A stretch of DNA of 64,000 nt from Marsupella aquatica. Its lineage: Eukaryota; Plantae; Marchantiophyta. Both the position numbers and the translations under genes were made by a program. Shown one piece after another: positions 38,507-49,363 of the stretch. The first letter of the stretch is position 1. Every line of letters begins with the position of its first letter. Location: positions 14,191,542 through 14,255,541 of the forward strand of contig OZ316896.1 of the NCBI GenBank assembly GCA_973895155.1, given 5' to 3'. The notes beneath the pieces were generated by a model. The model saw only the letters and a list, made by a program, of their open reading frames with translations, ran no database searches and was not told where the DNA came from.

Positions 38507-39050
38507 ATAGGAAACAGTAACGGTAGTCCATGTTGTAAGGCCATAGACATTTTGTAGACTATGTCTATTTTGTAGATCTGGGATCCGAAAACGTGATATC
38601 GACACACAGTTGTAAGGGAGAACATCTTTGTTCATTTTGAAATAACTTCTTGAGAATATTTCCAACTGCAATGTTTGGACTTATAGTACTAGTTTTGCTA
38701 GCGACATCGCTAGCAAAACTATGCGTGACTAAAATGGTTTGTTTCTCCGAATGTATATCCAAAAACCAATTAAAATACATGAGTTATTGAACTCTACGTT
38801 ATGTAGAACTTGGTCAAAAAGAAACCGTTTACGGGAAACATAAAACTTTACTTTACGGGTTTAACGCCAGAGACCTCACTAGCAAAATAAACACTATTGC
38901 CGATACATATAGAATAGTACTAGACCCTCGCTAACATTGCATACGCAATATAATTAGTGAGGTGGACGACTTTCCTCTGTTCTGAAAACCAAAAAGGCGA
39001 CAAAATTAGGGACGCTGAAACGTTCACCTCAACGGATAATAGAGATTAAG

Positions 39051-42000
39051 TCAACTACACTGCAACGGAATCAAACTCCTTACTTCAGCAACAGTCAGAA
39101 TTGGCTGCTTCACAAGATCGTCTCTGTCTAGATTCAGTGAGAACTTGTTTAAGTACACCTAGAGGAGGTGTTTACAAGACATATAGGGTCTTCCTCTCGT
39201 GTGTCTCTTGTAGAAGTCATCACATGAGCAAGAAGGAAAGCAACACACTTGGACCCAGTACTTGTGTGCAATTTTAGAATCTGTCTCATGAGTGACGATA
39301 AGATATTGCCATCCCCACCCGTTTCCGAGGCATATCTTCTCACTTCCAATGACTCTCATATGTTTGTCAGTCGCAGATCGAATGCGTTTGAGAAGCTCCG
39401 GGGTGTTCTGGAAACGTTGACGAACGCCTTTCCCATTCCGGGTCTTGAATCTACGGTTTGGAATACCAATGTCAACTCTTTCTGGGAAGGAGTTCACATC
39501 AATTCGGAGGTCAACACGATTTGGAGAGGAGAACGACCCAATCGGTGCTGGATCAGAGTATGATAATCCTTTGATTTCAATCCCATTTCGAAGAAGAAAG
39601 TCAATCTCTGTTGGGGTCAACCTGGTCCCACGCTGGACTTGCAAAGCCTCGGGTGGTTCCGGAAGCTGGGCAAGAGTCCTTCTGCCACCTGTTTTATGGC
39701 ACCTATTATTCGGACAGAAGTATAGAAGCTAACGATGTGGAGATGACAACCTCAATCCGTGAATCGCAACACCAACCACTCCAGCCCGGAATGCCTTCAT
39801 TCTAGTTTCTTTGATGAGATTCCTGCACTCATCTCTTCCAAACACACTTCGGTCCACTCGTCCATTGCAAACAGGTCCACTCCCTTTTCCACTCCGCCTC
39901 AAGTGCCAGGTCCCATATGTCACATCAACCTCTTCAACAAAAGGGATCCTTCGGGGTGCATCCCAAATTTCATCCCGATTATTTTGAGGCTGTGGTATTT
40001 CTCCAACGTAGTTCGGGTCCTGTGTTGTATCTCCACGGCTAAGATCTTCACCATCATCTGATATATTTATAACTTCACGAGGAAGAGAAGGTCCATGGCA
40101 AGTGGGGTTGTCTTCATCGCCAGGAAAGTCTGAAGGTCCACCAATATCAGAAGCACCGCTGAAGTTACCAAATTTTGTGTAAAGATTTCTCCTTTTCAAA
40201 CTAGACCGCGACGCCATTGTGCGCAATATCTTATCATGTCTATGAGAATCGTTTTCATGAATAGAAGCAGAAGCACTACCCTTCCGTTTTCCTGACGTTG
40301 TTCTAAGATCTCCATGTAAAGGCACAGTTCTATAGAACTCATATTTTCCAGATGATTCAAATAGTAGATTGGATGCCTTCTCATAGGCATCCATAGACCC
40401 CATTGTATCTGCATTTCTGAAGGCCAGCTCAAATATTGTAGGACCATTCCCACGGTGACACCCTTCCAAGTATGCAGTGAACGCTGCAATCTGTCCAGCT
40501 GCTCGATTCTGGTCAACTTCACAGGCTTCAATCAAACCAATTTTCTTCTTCGGCTGGCAGGAACGCATTGATGCGTGAGCAGATTCAGCTCCAGCACAGT
40601 TTGGCATCAGAGCAGACTCCTTCGCAGTTTGCGTCTGAAAAATGAGCAGAGTTAACACTTGTATTCACTAGCGATATGTCTATTTTGAGACAGTCTAATG
40701 TTTCAGTCGGTGACCAAAATACATTTACGAAAGAAGTTTTATTGCTAGCGATCTCGCTAGCTTAAACTCATCAGAAAGAATTCGCCGTTACTCACCACAC
40801 GAATAAAGTTACCCCATTGTCTCCACCGCACAACCCACCATGAAATCCACCCTTGTAGTGATTTAAGCTTGGATGGGTGACAATTCCCCTCTTTCCACCA
40901 TTTTTGAATGTCTTCGGCGATACGATATGCTTCGACGTATGTTGGAGAAATTCTTAACTTCTCCCACATCTTATAGTGCTCCGCATTACACCCCTCCTTG
41001 ATCCCCTCCAAAGTGTGTCTTCTGAGGGATTGAGAGAGATGGAAAGCATCACTATGCTCTTTCAGAGGATTTCTGACACCCCCAAAAAATACCCTTCTCA
41101 CAGAAATCCAGCCAGCCTCTGCATTGTCTGCTATGAATCCTCCAATAATGGGATTATGCACTCCATTCTAGGATGCGACATCTACCATTAACCTCCACGC
41201 AGTTTCAAGCGACTCTGTGTCTTCGGCTCTCAACTCGCAAGTGAAAATTGTACACAGAGCACGGTAATTATGGTCATACACGTGTGCGCTGAAGGTCAAC
41301 CATCCACTAGTGATACGATGCATCACGTCAAAACTGACCCACAAACCTTCCAATGCTCCTCCAGCCTCCATGCTCCTCAAAATTTCCACACCCGATCCAG
41401 GACCATTTGTACTCATTTTGAATACATGCGCTCGATCATTTTTGTTTCCTTGACCGGGAAACAGGTACCTCTACACGAAAGGGAAATTGTTACCTGATTG
41501 CATTTCACGAAGTGAGTCAAGTTCTCCTTTTTTAGGATTATCCATCTTCACACTCCGAAGAATAGCTTGGAACTTTGGAGCGGTAGAAACTACTCCGATC
41601 GAACTCCAAATTTCTTGTTGTTCTTCTCTCGACAACTGAGCCGATGATTCTGGATGCAATAGCAAGACAAGGTTCCCAATTGACTGGTTTCTCAGACGTG
41701 CGGGAGTTGAGACTGGATTCAACCGATGGACCCCTAAAACAACATCTTCCGCTGTTTTTCTCGCAGAACGAGATTTTCCCTTCCAAACAGGTGATCGTGG
41801 AATCCCATATGCACAGCCAATCTGGACATATGCATTGAAATGTGACTCTCCAAACCTGGCTTAGGGTAAACATACAACAGTTTTGCCGGGCATTCTCAAA
41901 TACAGAGAGGCCTCTCTTCACAGAAGCCACAGACAAGTCCGCCCTCACTCACTTGCTCTCCAAGACGAAAGATGTCAGTCAGCAACCCTTTCCCTCTGAA

Positions 42001-42864
42001 AGCGCAGTCATTTTTGACTCCAATATGTTTCAACTTCCGGCAACCCAAATTATGGCATTCGAGAATTCCAGCGCAACGAACTTTCGACACAGCCCAATGA
42101 AACCTTGGCTTCAAATTCGCAGATGTAGTGACTAGTCTCGTCCAAGGATAGCCGTCCTTCTCTCGATCCATATCTTGGAGACCTCCTCCCCTCCCAGCCC
42201 CCTCGACTGGAGGAAGTTCAAAAACAACGTTACCATTGTATGTCGATGGCAGAGTCGAAACCTGACATTCATTCCATTGATTCCCTCTTCTAAATTGTGC
42301 AAGTTCACTCGCTCCAGTGATATTGAGAAAAGCGTCATAGCCACTCATCCGATACACTGTGGTCATGCTATCCCCAGTCCTTTCAATCAAATTTGTCGCT
42401 AACCCTTCGGGTTCCCCGGAACCATCTCGTGACTTCATCGAACCACAAGATGTGTCTTGCCTTATACTCTCTGGAGATATTTCAATGACCTCGGGAGCTC
42501 TGTCTTTGGGAGGCGTCCCAAGATCAATCACAGGAGTTTGATGAACGGGATCCAATTCCATGGGTTCCAAAATGACATCAGGAAAACCATCTTTACTCGA
42601 CATAACCTCGACACAAGATCCAACCTTCAGCGTCCAGACCTTCCCGGAAGTACTACTGTCCTCTCTCAACTCGTGACTCCGTGGCCCATTTTGAGAATAC
42701 AACTCAAACAACTTCATGACAAGGTCATCTTTTGGAATTCCAAAATGAGTTGCAAGGAATGACTCTGTCACCCTAACCTCCGACGAGTCAGGGGCACTTG
42801 GGAGTACCACCACGTCTCCCATCATTCTACGCTCCAAAACCACCTTGGAATTCATCGACATCAT
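39051..42864 (-). pseudogene. MULE transposase with GCM/WRKY-like Zn finger, DDE core and SWIM finger
   Basis: DGYPW..CAGILECHNLGC..CGFC..CPAK..HDH; WVSFDVMHR, GFIADNAEAG, DAFH (CxxH position), AESAHA; CSCDDF..CKH (SWIM). Intron 40635-40795. In-frame stops at 41896, 41471, 41168, 39729 and 39159 plus a frameshift near 41770. Confidence 0.8.
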
Positions 42865-43043
42865 CTCTTCTCAGCATACAAAAATACAACGACTATGTTT
42901 TGAATCGCCCATACGAATCCTATTTGCAGGACCAAAACTGGGTTTTTTCCCAACGGAAACAACAATCCGAACAGATTGTTAATCTGTTCCCGTTGATTTT
43001 ACCGTTATTTTGTCTTTTACTCAACGTATAGGACGTCTCCCAT

Positions 43044-43155
43044 GCTAGCGATCTCGCTAGCTTGGTTTTGATAGTTTTATGGCAAGAAAACCGTTGATTT
43101 CAACTCTTTTTAAGGATATTTGTGTCATTGAGTTTATGCCAGCGATCTCGCTAGC
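43044..43155. promoter_or_regulatory. Two GCTAGCGA-TC-TCGCTAGC palindromes in the divergent promoter region (members of an element-wide motif set)
   Basis: 43044-43061 has perfect arms and 43138-43155 has one mismatch. Others at 36930, 37055, 38697, 38866, 40744, 44305, 46506, 46599, ~47901, 14731 and 15972. Function is inferred only. Confidence 0.55.
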
Positions 43156-43543
43156 CAAAAAGTCAAACTGATTTTTGACTAAGTTTACCGTTAGGATTCC
43201 GTTGGGAATAGTCAACGGGTACCATAATGTCAACGGTACAAATTACACGGGACACCTGGAGTATTTTGTATGGATAAGATTATCGGTCGTGAAGGTTGTT
43301 CTTTGTGTTTTCCAAAAAGTACAACTAGTGGTCCCTGCCAGGAGATTTATGTTATTCCTTACATCGTACTGTCGATCATTGTCAGTATTCACTATCGTAA
43401 CTTTGTAAGGCTTCGGAGGGAATTCGTAGCAGTTTGTACGGCTGTCCTAATTCTCCGAAAGGAGGTGGTCTGTGGACGTTTTTGACGCGTGCAACCGCTG
43501 TAGTCTCCGGGCTCGAGCACTCTTCTCCGAAGGGTTTTATTTC

Positions 43544-46500
43544 ATGGAGTCATCGTTGTCTCCAGAGAGTATTTCTTCGAGAGGATCATTTCAGTCGAGG
43601 GAGTCGACAAGGAGAGAAACTAGGTCCACAGCGAACAAGAAAGCGCTTGCAGCGGGATTGAAGACTCCAAGGCGGCCCAAGATGGTGACAGCGGTAGATG
43701 TAGTTGCTCTTGTGTTTGATCCGAGCGCTTCGGAACCTTACATGGTTGTCATAAACCGTCATCTTCACTCGTTTGGAGTGAATGAGTTCGGATTTGCATT
43801 GGCTCCCCCCCGAATTCCTCTATGCCGGATGAGAAACATGCAGATTGTCCGGTCTCTGCAGAAGGATTCCATTGCGATAGACACATTGAAGTCCGAGTTC
43901 AAAACCCAGGGTTACATCGAGGATGCCCCTCGATTTTACGTTCATATGACAAACGAGGATGGAGAAATCCAGATCTGTACAGATGCCATCCGCGAAACTT
44001 GGGATGATATTTGGGTGTTGCAAAACGAGGAGTTTGAGCGCGAATGTGATTCTCATGTTTCTTTCCAGATCCTCAAGGACAAAATGTTCTGTGTTTTCGA
44101 TGGGAACCACCGATTGTATTCGTGGAGTCAATTGGCGGAGGAACATCTGGATGATATTAAGTACCATCCTCGAGTGGTCTGCAAGATCTTTAAGGGTGAA
44201 AAGAACTCATTCGTTCAGATCGAGTCGGCTATGCACGCATTGAACAGGTGGGACTTCTCATGATAAGATAGTTCTGAAATTTCATTTTTACCAGGTCACT
44301 TTCAGCTAGCGATCTCGCTAACATGAGGCATGTTGTGGCAGGTTAACTCAATATCATGTAGAGAATTCCTGGGTTTTGGAGGCTGAACGCGTCCAGAAGA
44401 TTCTGAACAATGACTTATCCGTTTACAAAGATATCATCGACGCTGAGAATTACAAACTTTTCCAGCAGAAGATGGCCAATGTGCGGAAGGCGGCATGGTA
44501 TTCGAAGAACATGACGCTGGATGCTTGCACTTATATTCTATCCGCTGCTAACATTGCATCGCAGACCGAGGACCTGAAGAAGAAATTTGCTCTTAAGGAG
44601 ACTCAAGGCGAGCCCCTTTCCAAGGCTGCACAGGACTTAGCAATGCATGACATGATGAAAGAACAACTTGCTGATTGGAATGTGAAAGTTCCAAAGATCG
44701 GTCCATTACTAAATCCAGAGTTTGGAGACTTTTTCAAGAAATGTGTCAAAATGCATAACTACTGCGAGAACGAGAGAAAGGAGGCCCAGAGAACAGATGA
44801 TAAAGGCAGGGGAAATGTTTCTTGTGGTCTTGATCGAGCTCAATTGTTCACTGGTGTGACCTCTTTATCCCCAGAGCTCCGATGTACACTCCTGGAGGCA
44901 CAGTGTCATCCTGAGCTTCGGAAAAAATTCTTTCATCCAGGTCAATTCTCAGATGGTGAGACTAAGCTTTGGCTTCATCGTTGGGCAGTGTGGGAGCAAG
45001 TCGAGTCAATTTCGTCTTCCCTCATGTCTGAAATTGTTTATGAGGTAATGCCTACTGTCCCTGAGTCGAGGATCCTTACGTCTTCAAAGAAGACGAAAGC
45101 TTCGCTAATCCTTGACATTGAGGAGGATTTTGAGGATTTCCAAACTCGTGTGAAAACTCGTTTCTTCAAGCAGATTTGGCCACCCAAGACAGGAGAGAAG
45201 GTAGACATTACATTGTTTCGGAGGAGAGCGAAGAGATACACGTATCGATTTTTTGTAGACAGAGAAGTAGTAGACAAATTTTACTGGTGGTCCTACCCAG
45301 CCTGTTTCTCCCCATGGATAGTCGGGGTTAAAGAGGACCCTACAAGTGATAAGTTTGGGGAATATTGTATGTTTCCATGCGAGGGAAGTGAAGCTCCGAG
45401 GAGATTGAGCAAGTGGGAGGTTCTTCATTGTCCATGGTATTTGGACTCGGACAAATGGTCTGTGACATTTGACACTGCAGAGAAAGCAGCTCTTCACGTG
45501 ATCAATCGAGGATTCCTTCCGGAATCTTACATCTCCGAGTCCAAATTGGCACCCACTGATGCTGAAGTTGGTGGTTGCGAGGCGATGGAAAAAGCTTGTC
45601 TTGGTGTAGCTGCCATAGTGGATAGGAGTCGAGCACGGAAGCCAAGAAAAGGAGCATTGAAGGACACATCCAAAGATGGGTCCCAGATTTCCGGAAAGCC
45701 AAGTAAGTCTGTTAATTGTATGTTACTTTTTATTTTTAAGTCCGGATGGGTGTTGAATATACAGACACTAATGTCTTTTTCTTCACAGAGAGGAGGAAGG
45801 GAGCGGCTTCTGAGAGTTTGAAGAGTGGAGCAGATGATGGTGAGGAACCTCAGTCCCCAGATGCCGAAGTCACAACAAAGAGCGCAGTGGATTTAGGAAG
45901 TATAAAACGTTTGAAACGGAAGCGGAACATCCAGATTCTTTCAGATTCCGACGATGAGGAAGTTTCAGTTGCTCAAGGTGTTGCTCGGATGTGTGGTTTG
46001 AAGATGGATGGGCAGCGACATTTCCTGGCTCGTAGCAATTTGACCGATACTGCAAACTCAATTAGTGTAAGTAAAGTGAGGCCATCTTGGATGGGAGATG
46101 GAGATCGATGGATTACTGGGATGTCGAAGAGCGTAGAGTGCCCGAACCATGTCGTAATTAATGGAAAGCCGTATGCTGGGATTGGAGCACATTTGGGATT
46201 CATTTCTCTTCCAACTGGGCATAGAACAAGCGTTACAGACAAACAGGTTCCGTCTTGGAATGTTTGGAGCGAGAAACTCCCATATTATTTTTTTGGAGTG
46301 ATGAGACCAATGCTTTCAGACGACGGATATGTTGCTGTCTTGCACAGCTCAGACTTCAATCACATGAGGCAAATATTTACGGTAGTTGAGCAAAAAAACA
46401 AATTCAAACATGTGCAGCAATATACCGTTTTGTTGTCCACCCCTTTATGGAGGGCAGATATGGATATTGAGGTAGTTATCCCTTTAATTTCTTGAGAGTT

Positions 46501-47607
46501 TTAATGCTAGTGATGTTGCTAACAAAATTATAATTTTTAGGTACCAAACATATCTGGTTTAGGTGACTGTTAATTTTCTATTTTCCGACTAGGTTAATGC
46601 TAGCGAGCTCGCTAACAAACTTAGCATTGTTTCTGATGTATTTTAGTTTTTATGCAGGTGTGCACTCTCATCCTGGATGTTTTTTGTCGGGTGGAATTTA
46701 GTGCAAAGATTCCTAAAGACCCAGCGTATGTTCCATTGACATCTTCGGAAGATGCAAGACATAAGTCAATGTTGAGTGTTTGTTACCCTAAGACTGACCC
46801 CTGTCCAGAAGCGGCTGTTGCTGGATCGAAAAGGCTTTCAATTGGGTTCATGCAAGCCATGATGGAATTCCTCACGAAGCCCAAAGATATAGTCCTTGAC
46901 TGGACTGTGTGTGACGGTAGCTCGTTTTCTGCCGGAGAATTCTCCGGGAGATTTGTTGTTGGTGTTGAAGACAGGGACATTCTCCATTGCTGTGCAGAAA
47001 AAACTTTAAACAGTGTTCTGGCGAGGCATTCGAGCAAGGCAAAACAGATTAGGGATCAGCCAGCCAAGGTTAATCAAGACGCTGGGTCGGATGATGAGTT
47101 CACGATTCCAGGGGATGAACAGGCTGGGCCTTCAAGCGAGAAAGACAAATTCGACCTGGAGTAAAGTACTTGGCCTCTTCTGATGTCGGACTCCCTATTT
47201 GGTTTCTTTTGTTTTCTTTATTTTGTTGCTCTTCGTCAACTGATGTCGGTGGTTGCGTCAGTGATAGGAGGGTGGATTGGTTTTCTGAGGAGAGATTTCA
47301 TCTTCGGAGGGAAGTCCAGGAGTCCATTGTGGTTACTCCTGAGAAGCCTTTTACTCTTCCGTGCTATGCTGAGACATCGGCGAGGCAGGTTGATGAAGAT
47401 CCTGTTGTCTTGACTTGGGAGGCGAAAGGACTTCGGTCCATGAGAGGTGCTCGAAGATATCTGGATTGTTCAAGGTTTATCGACAATGAGGCGGGGACAG
47501 TCCGTCAGTATTTAGATGAGTCTGCCGAGTCCACGGAGAGGGAGACCAGTAGCGATCCTAGTAGTAGTGACATCTCAGATGAATCAGAGGATGAAGTTTA
47601 TGACTGA
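43544..47607 (+). CDS. Intact 5-exon gene (~1198 aa): ParB/Srx-like domain plus divergent beta-class N6A/N4C DNA methyltransferase-like domain
   Basis: Exons 43544-44247, 44342-45702, 45789-46471, 46658-47160 and 47262-47607; all introns GT-AG; joined length 3597 nt, open. Motifs VFDGNHR, HLGFISLPTG (motif-IV position), MRPMLSDDGYV, and LTKPKDIVLDWTVCDGSS...GRFVVGVED (motif X/I/II-like). Confidence 0.75.
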
Positions 47608-49001
47608 ACAAGTAAGAGTAAGTAGGACTGGATGTACTGGTCGAGGTCAACTCTTACCGTTTTTCTGTCTTGAAGTTGTTGGCAATCCACACTTTCAATG
47701 TAAAGAGGTTCCATATTTTGATGGGAGTTTCTAGTTTTGGTGATCCTTTTTAGATGGTTAAAATGTGTGTGGCTCAAGTATGGAATACTTATGAAAATCA
47801 TGCAGGATTTTTCATTGTCATATTCTTTTCATTATTGTAAGAGGTGGAAAATTGATACTGTTTTGGCATTGTTTTCGTGGAATGTGAGAGAAATTTATCC
47901 GCTAGAATGCTTCGCTAACAATGTTGCCTCGCTAGCAAAATCTCCTGTTTCCTCGCATCGTACAATTCCTCACGGGCTTGATGGAAAGAGCTCTCGGAGC
48001 TGATTCCAACAAGAGACGGCGCTCCTCAAACGGAGCCAAGATGAGTAAGTTAGGGCCCGACGAAGTTAGTAAGTACGTGAAACTAAAACGACCATAACTT
48101 GGTCGTCCGACGTCCATTTCGGGAGCGGTTTGGTGATTCATGATCAGGGGGAGCAGGGCTACCCAGGGGTGAGATCAGAGGTGCAATAAGAGTGGCACCT
48201 AGTTTCGGCAATTGTGGGGTCCCTTGCATTTTCGCGGTTCACGGAGCGATGTTGGGGCGCCATCGAAGGCACCATCGGTCCCATTGTTAGATTGGGGTTT
48301 TAGGAGCATGTGTGTGCCGCATGCTTTAGGATTAGGGATTTCTTCATGGAGGGTTTTAGCGGCGCCGCGAGGGTAGCCGCCACCTTTTTGACCCCGTGAG
48401 AGGTGCTTTGGTGTGTTTGTTTTCAGTATTTAGGGGGAGAGCCCTGGAGTAGTGGGGAGGAACTCAGTCTAGTGTTGGTTTAGGGAAGTGATCTCATAGC
48501 CAGAAGAGGGAATCAAGCCAGAGTAGTGAGGTAGAGGTGTAGCACTTGCCCCAATAAGGCAAGAGTTGGGCAAACGGCAGGAGGCCGGGTTGTCCTTGCA
48601 ATGTGTTATGATTTGTCGGCCTAGAGTGCAGTAAAGCTCTCATGTGTTCCTGTGGACGTAGCCTCATGTGGAGGTGAACCACATATCTCCCTGTGTCGAC
48701 TCTTGTGCGTTAGATGATTCATGGGCTTGCCATTGCGATTGTCGTCTATGCTCAACACATCTCTGGTATGTGTATTTTTCAGAGGAGTTCTTAACACTGT
48801 GCATTTTTATATTGGGTGATCTGTGAGAGGAGTTATTAACAACCATGCAGTTGTATAGGGGGTTATCACATCTGCTTGCTATGGGCCTACCTAACTTCAT
48901 GCTCATGTGAGAAACCTTGTGATAAGAGAGGACCTTCTTTGGTGTGTTACAAACATAGAGACCATATTAATTGTTCATGATCCTACTGCTCAAGCTTTCT
49001 T

Positions 49002-49363
49002 AGGGACTTTGGTACACATGCAATGGGAAATTATGCTTGATTGGCTTGGTCCTCCACTAGAAAGATTACACATTGATATTCCCATGATACAAGATGGTTG
49101 CTAGGCAAACCTTGGCTGATGTTGTGATGGTCAACCTTTACTTTAGGAGATCATGGGGATATTAGCAACACAAGCAAGGGCAGGGACTTTGGTACACATG
49201 CAATGGGAAATTATGCTTGATTGGCTTGGTCCTCCACTAGAAAGATTACACATTGATATTCCCATGGTACAAGATGGTTGCTAGGCAAACCTTGGCTGAT
49301 GTTGTGATGGTCAACCTTTACTTTAGGAGATCATGGGGATATTAGCAACACAAGCAAGGGCAG
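49002..49363. repeat. 180-bp tandem duplication, near-identical
   Basis: AGGGACTTTGGTACACATG...CAAGCAAGGGC at 49002 and 49182. Confidence 0.9.

Larger units (their letters stand above)
36657..47971. mobile_element. Full-length Mutator-like (MULE) DNA transposon M2, 11.3 kb
   Basis: Imperfect TIRs GGGTCATTGTAGCGTGCGAGGAAACAG and (rc) GAGGAATTGTACGATGCGAGGAAACAG; TSD ACGGGCTTG at 36648-36656 and 47972-47980; MULE-type transposase inside. Confidence 0.88.
30366..48757 (+). mobile_element. Element C: retrotransposon-related unit hosting A4, B2 and M2; LTR-type 3' end CTCAACA
   Basis: Sequence is continuous across the B2 and M2 TSDs. Its last ~145 bp match the 3' end of the solo LTR 56674-57017. 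The 5' end is missing. Confidence 0.55.

Noticed and set aside
43544-47607. Bacterial contamination or a restriction-modification/partition operon
   Set aside because: Spliceosomal introns are conserved in two copies, the gene sits in a MULE within plant-like DNA, and there is no ParA or nuclease gene.
14562-47971. M1 and M2 as part of the inverted duplication or as one giant element
   Set aside because: They are diverged and have different flanks; M2 has its own TSD inside element C.
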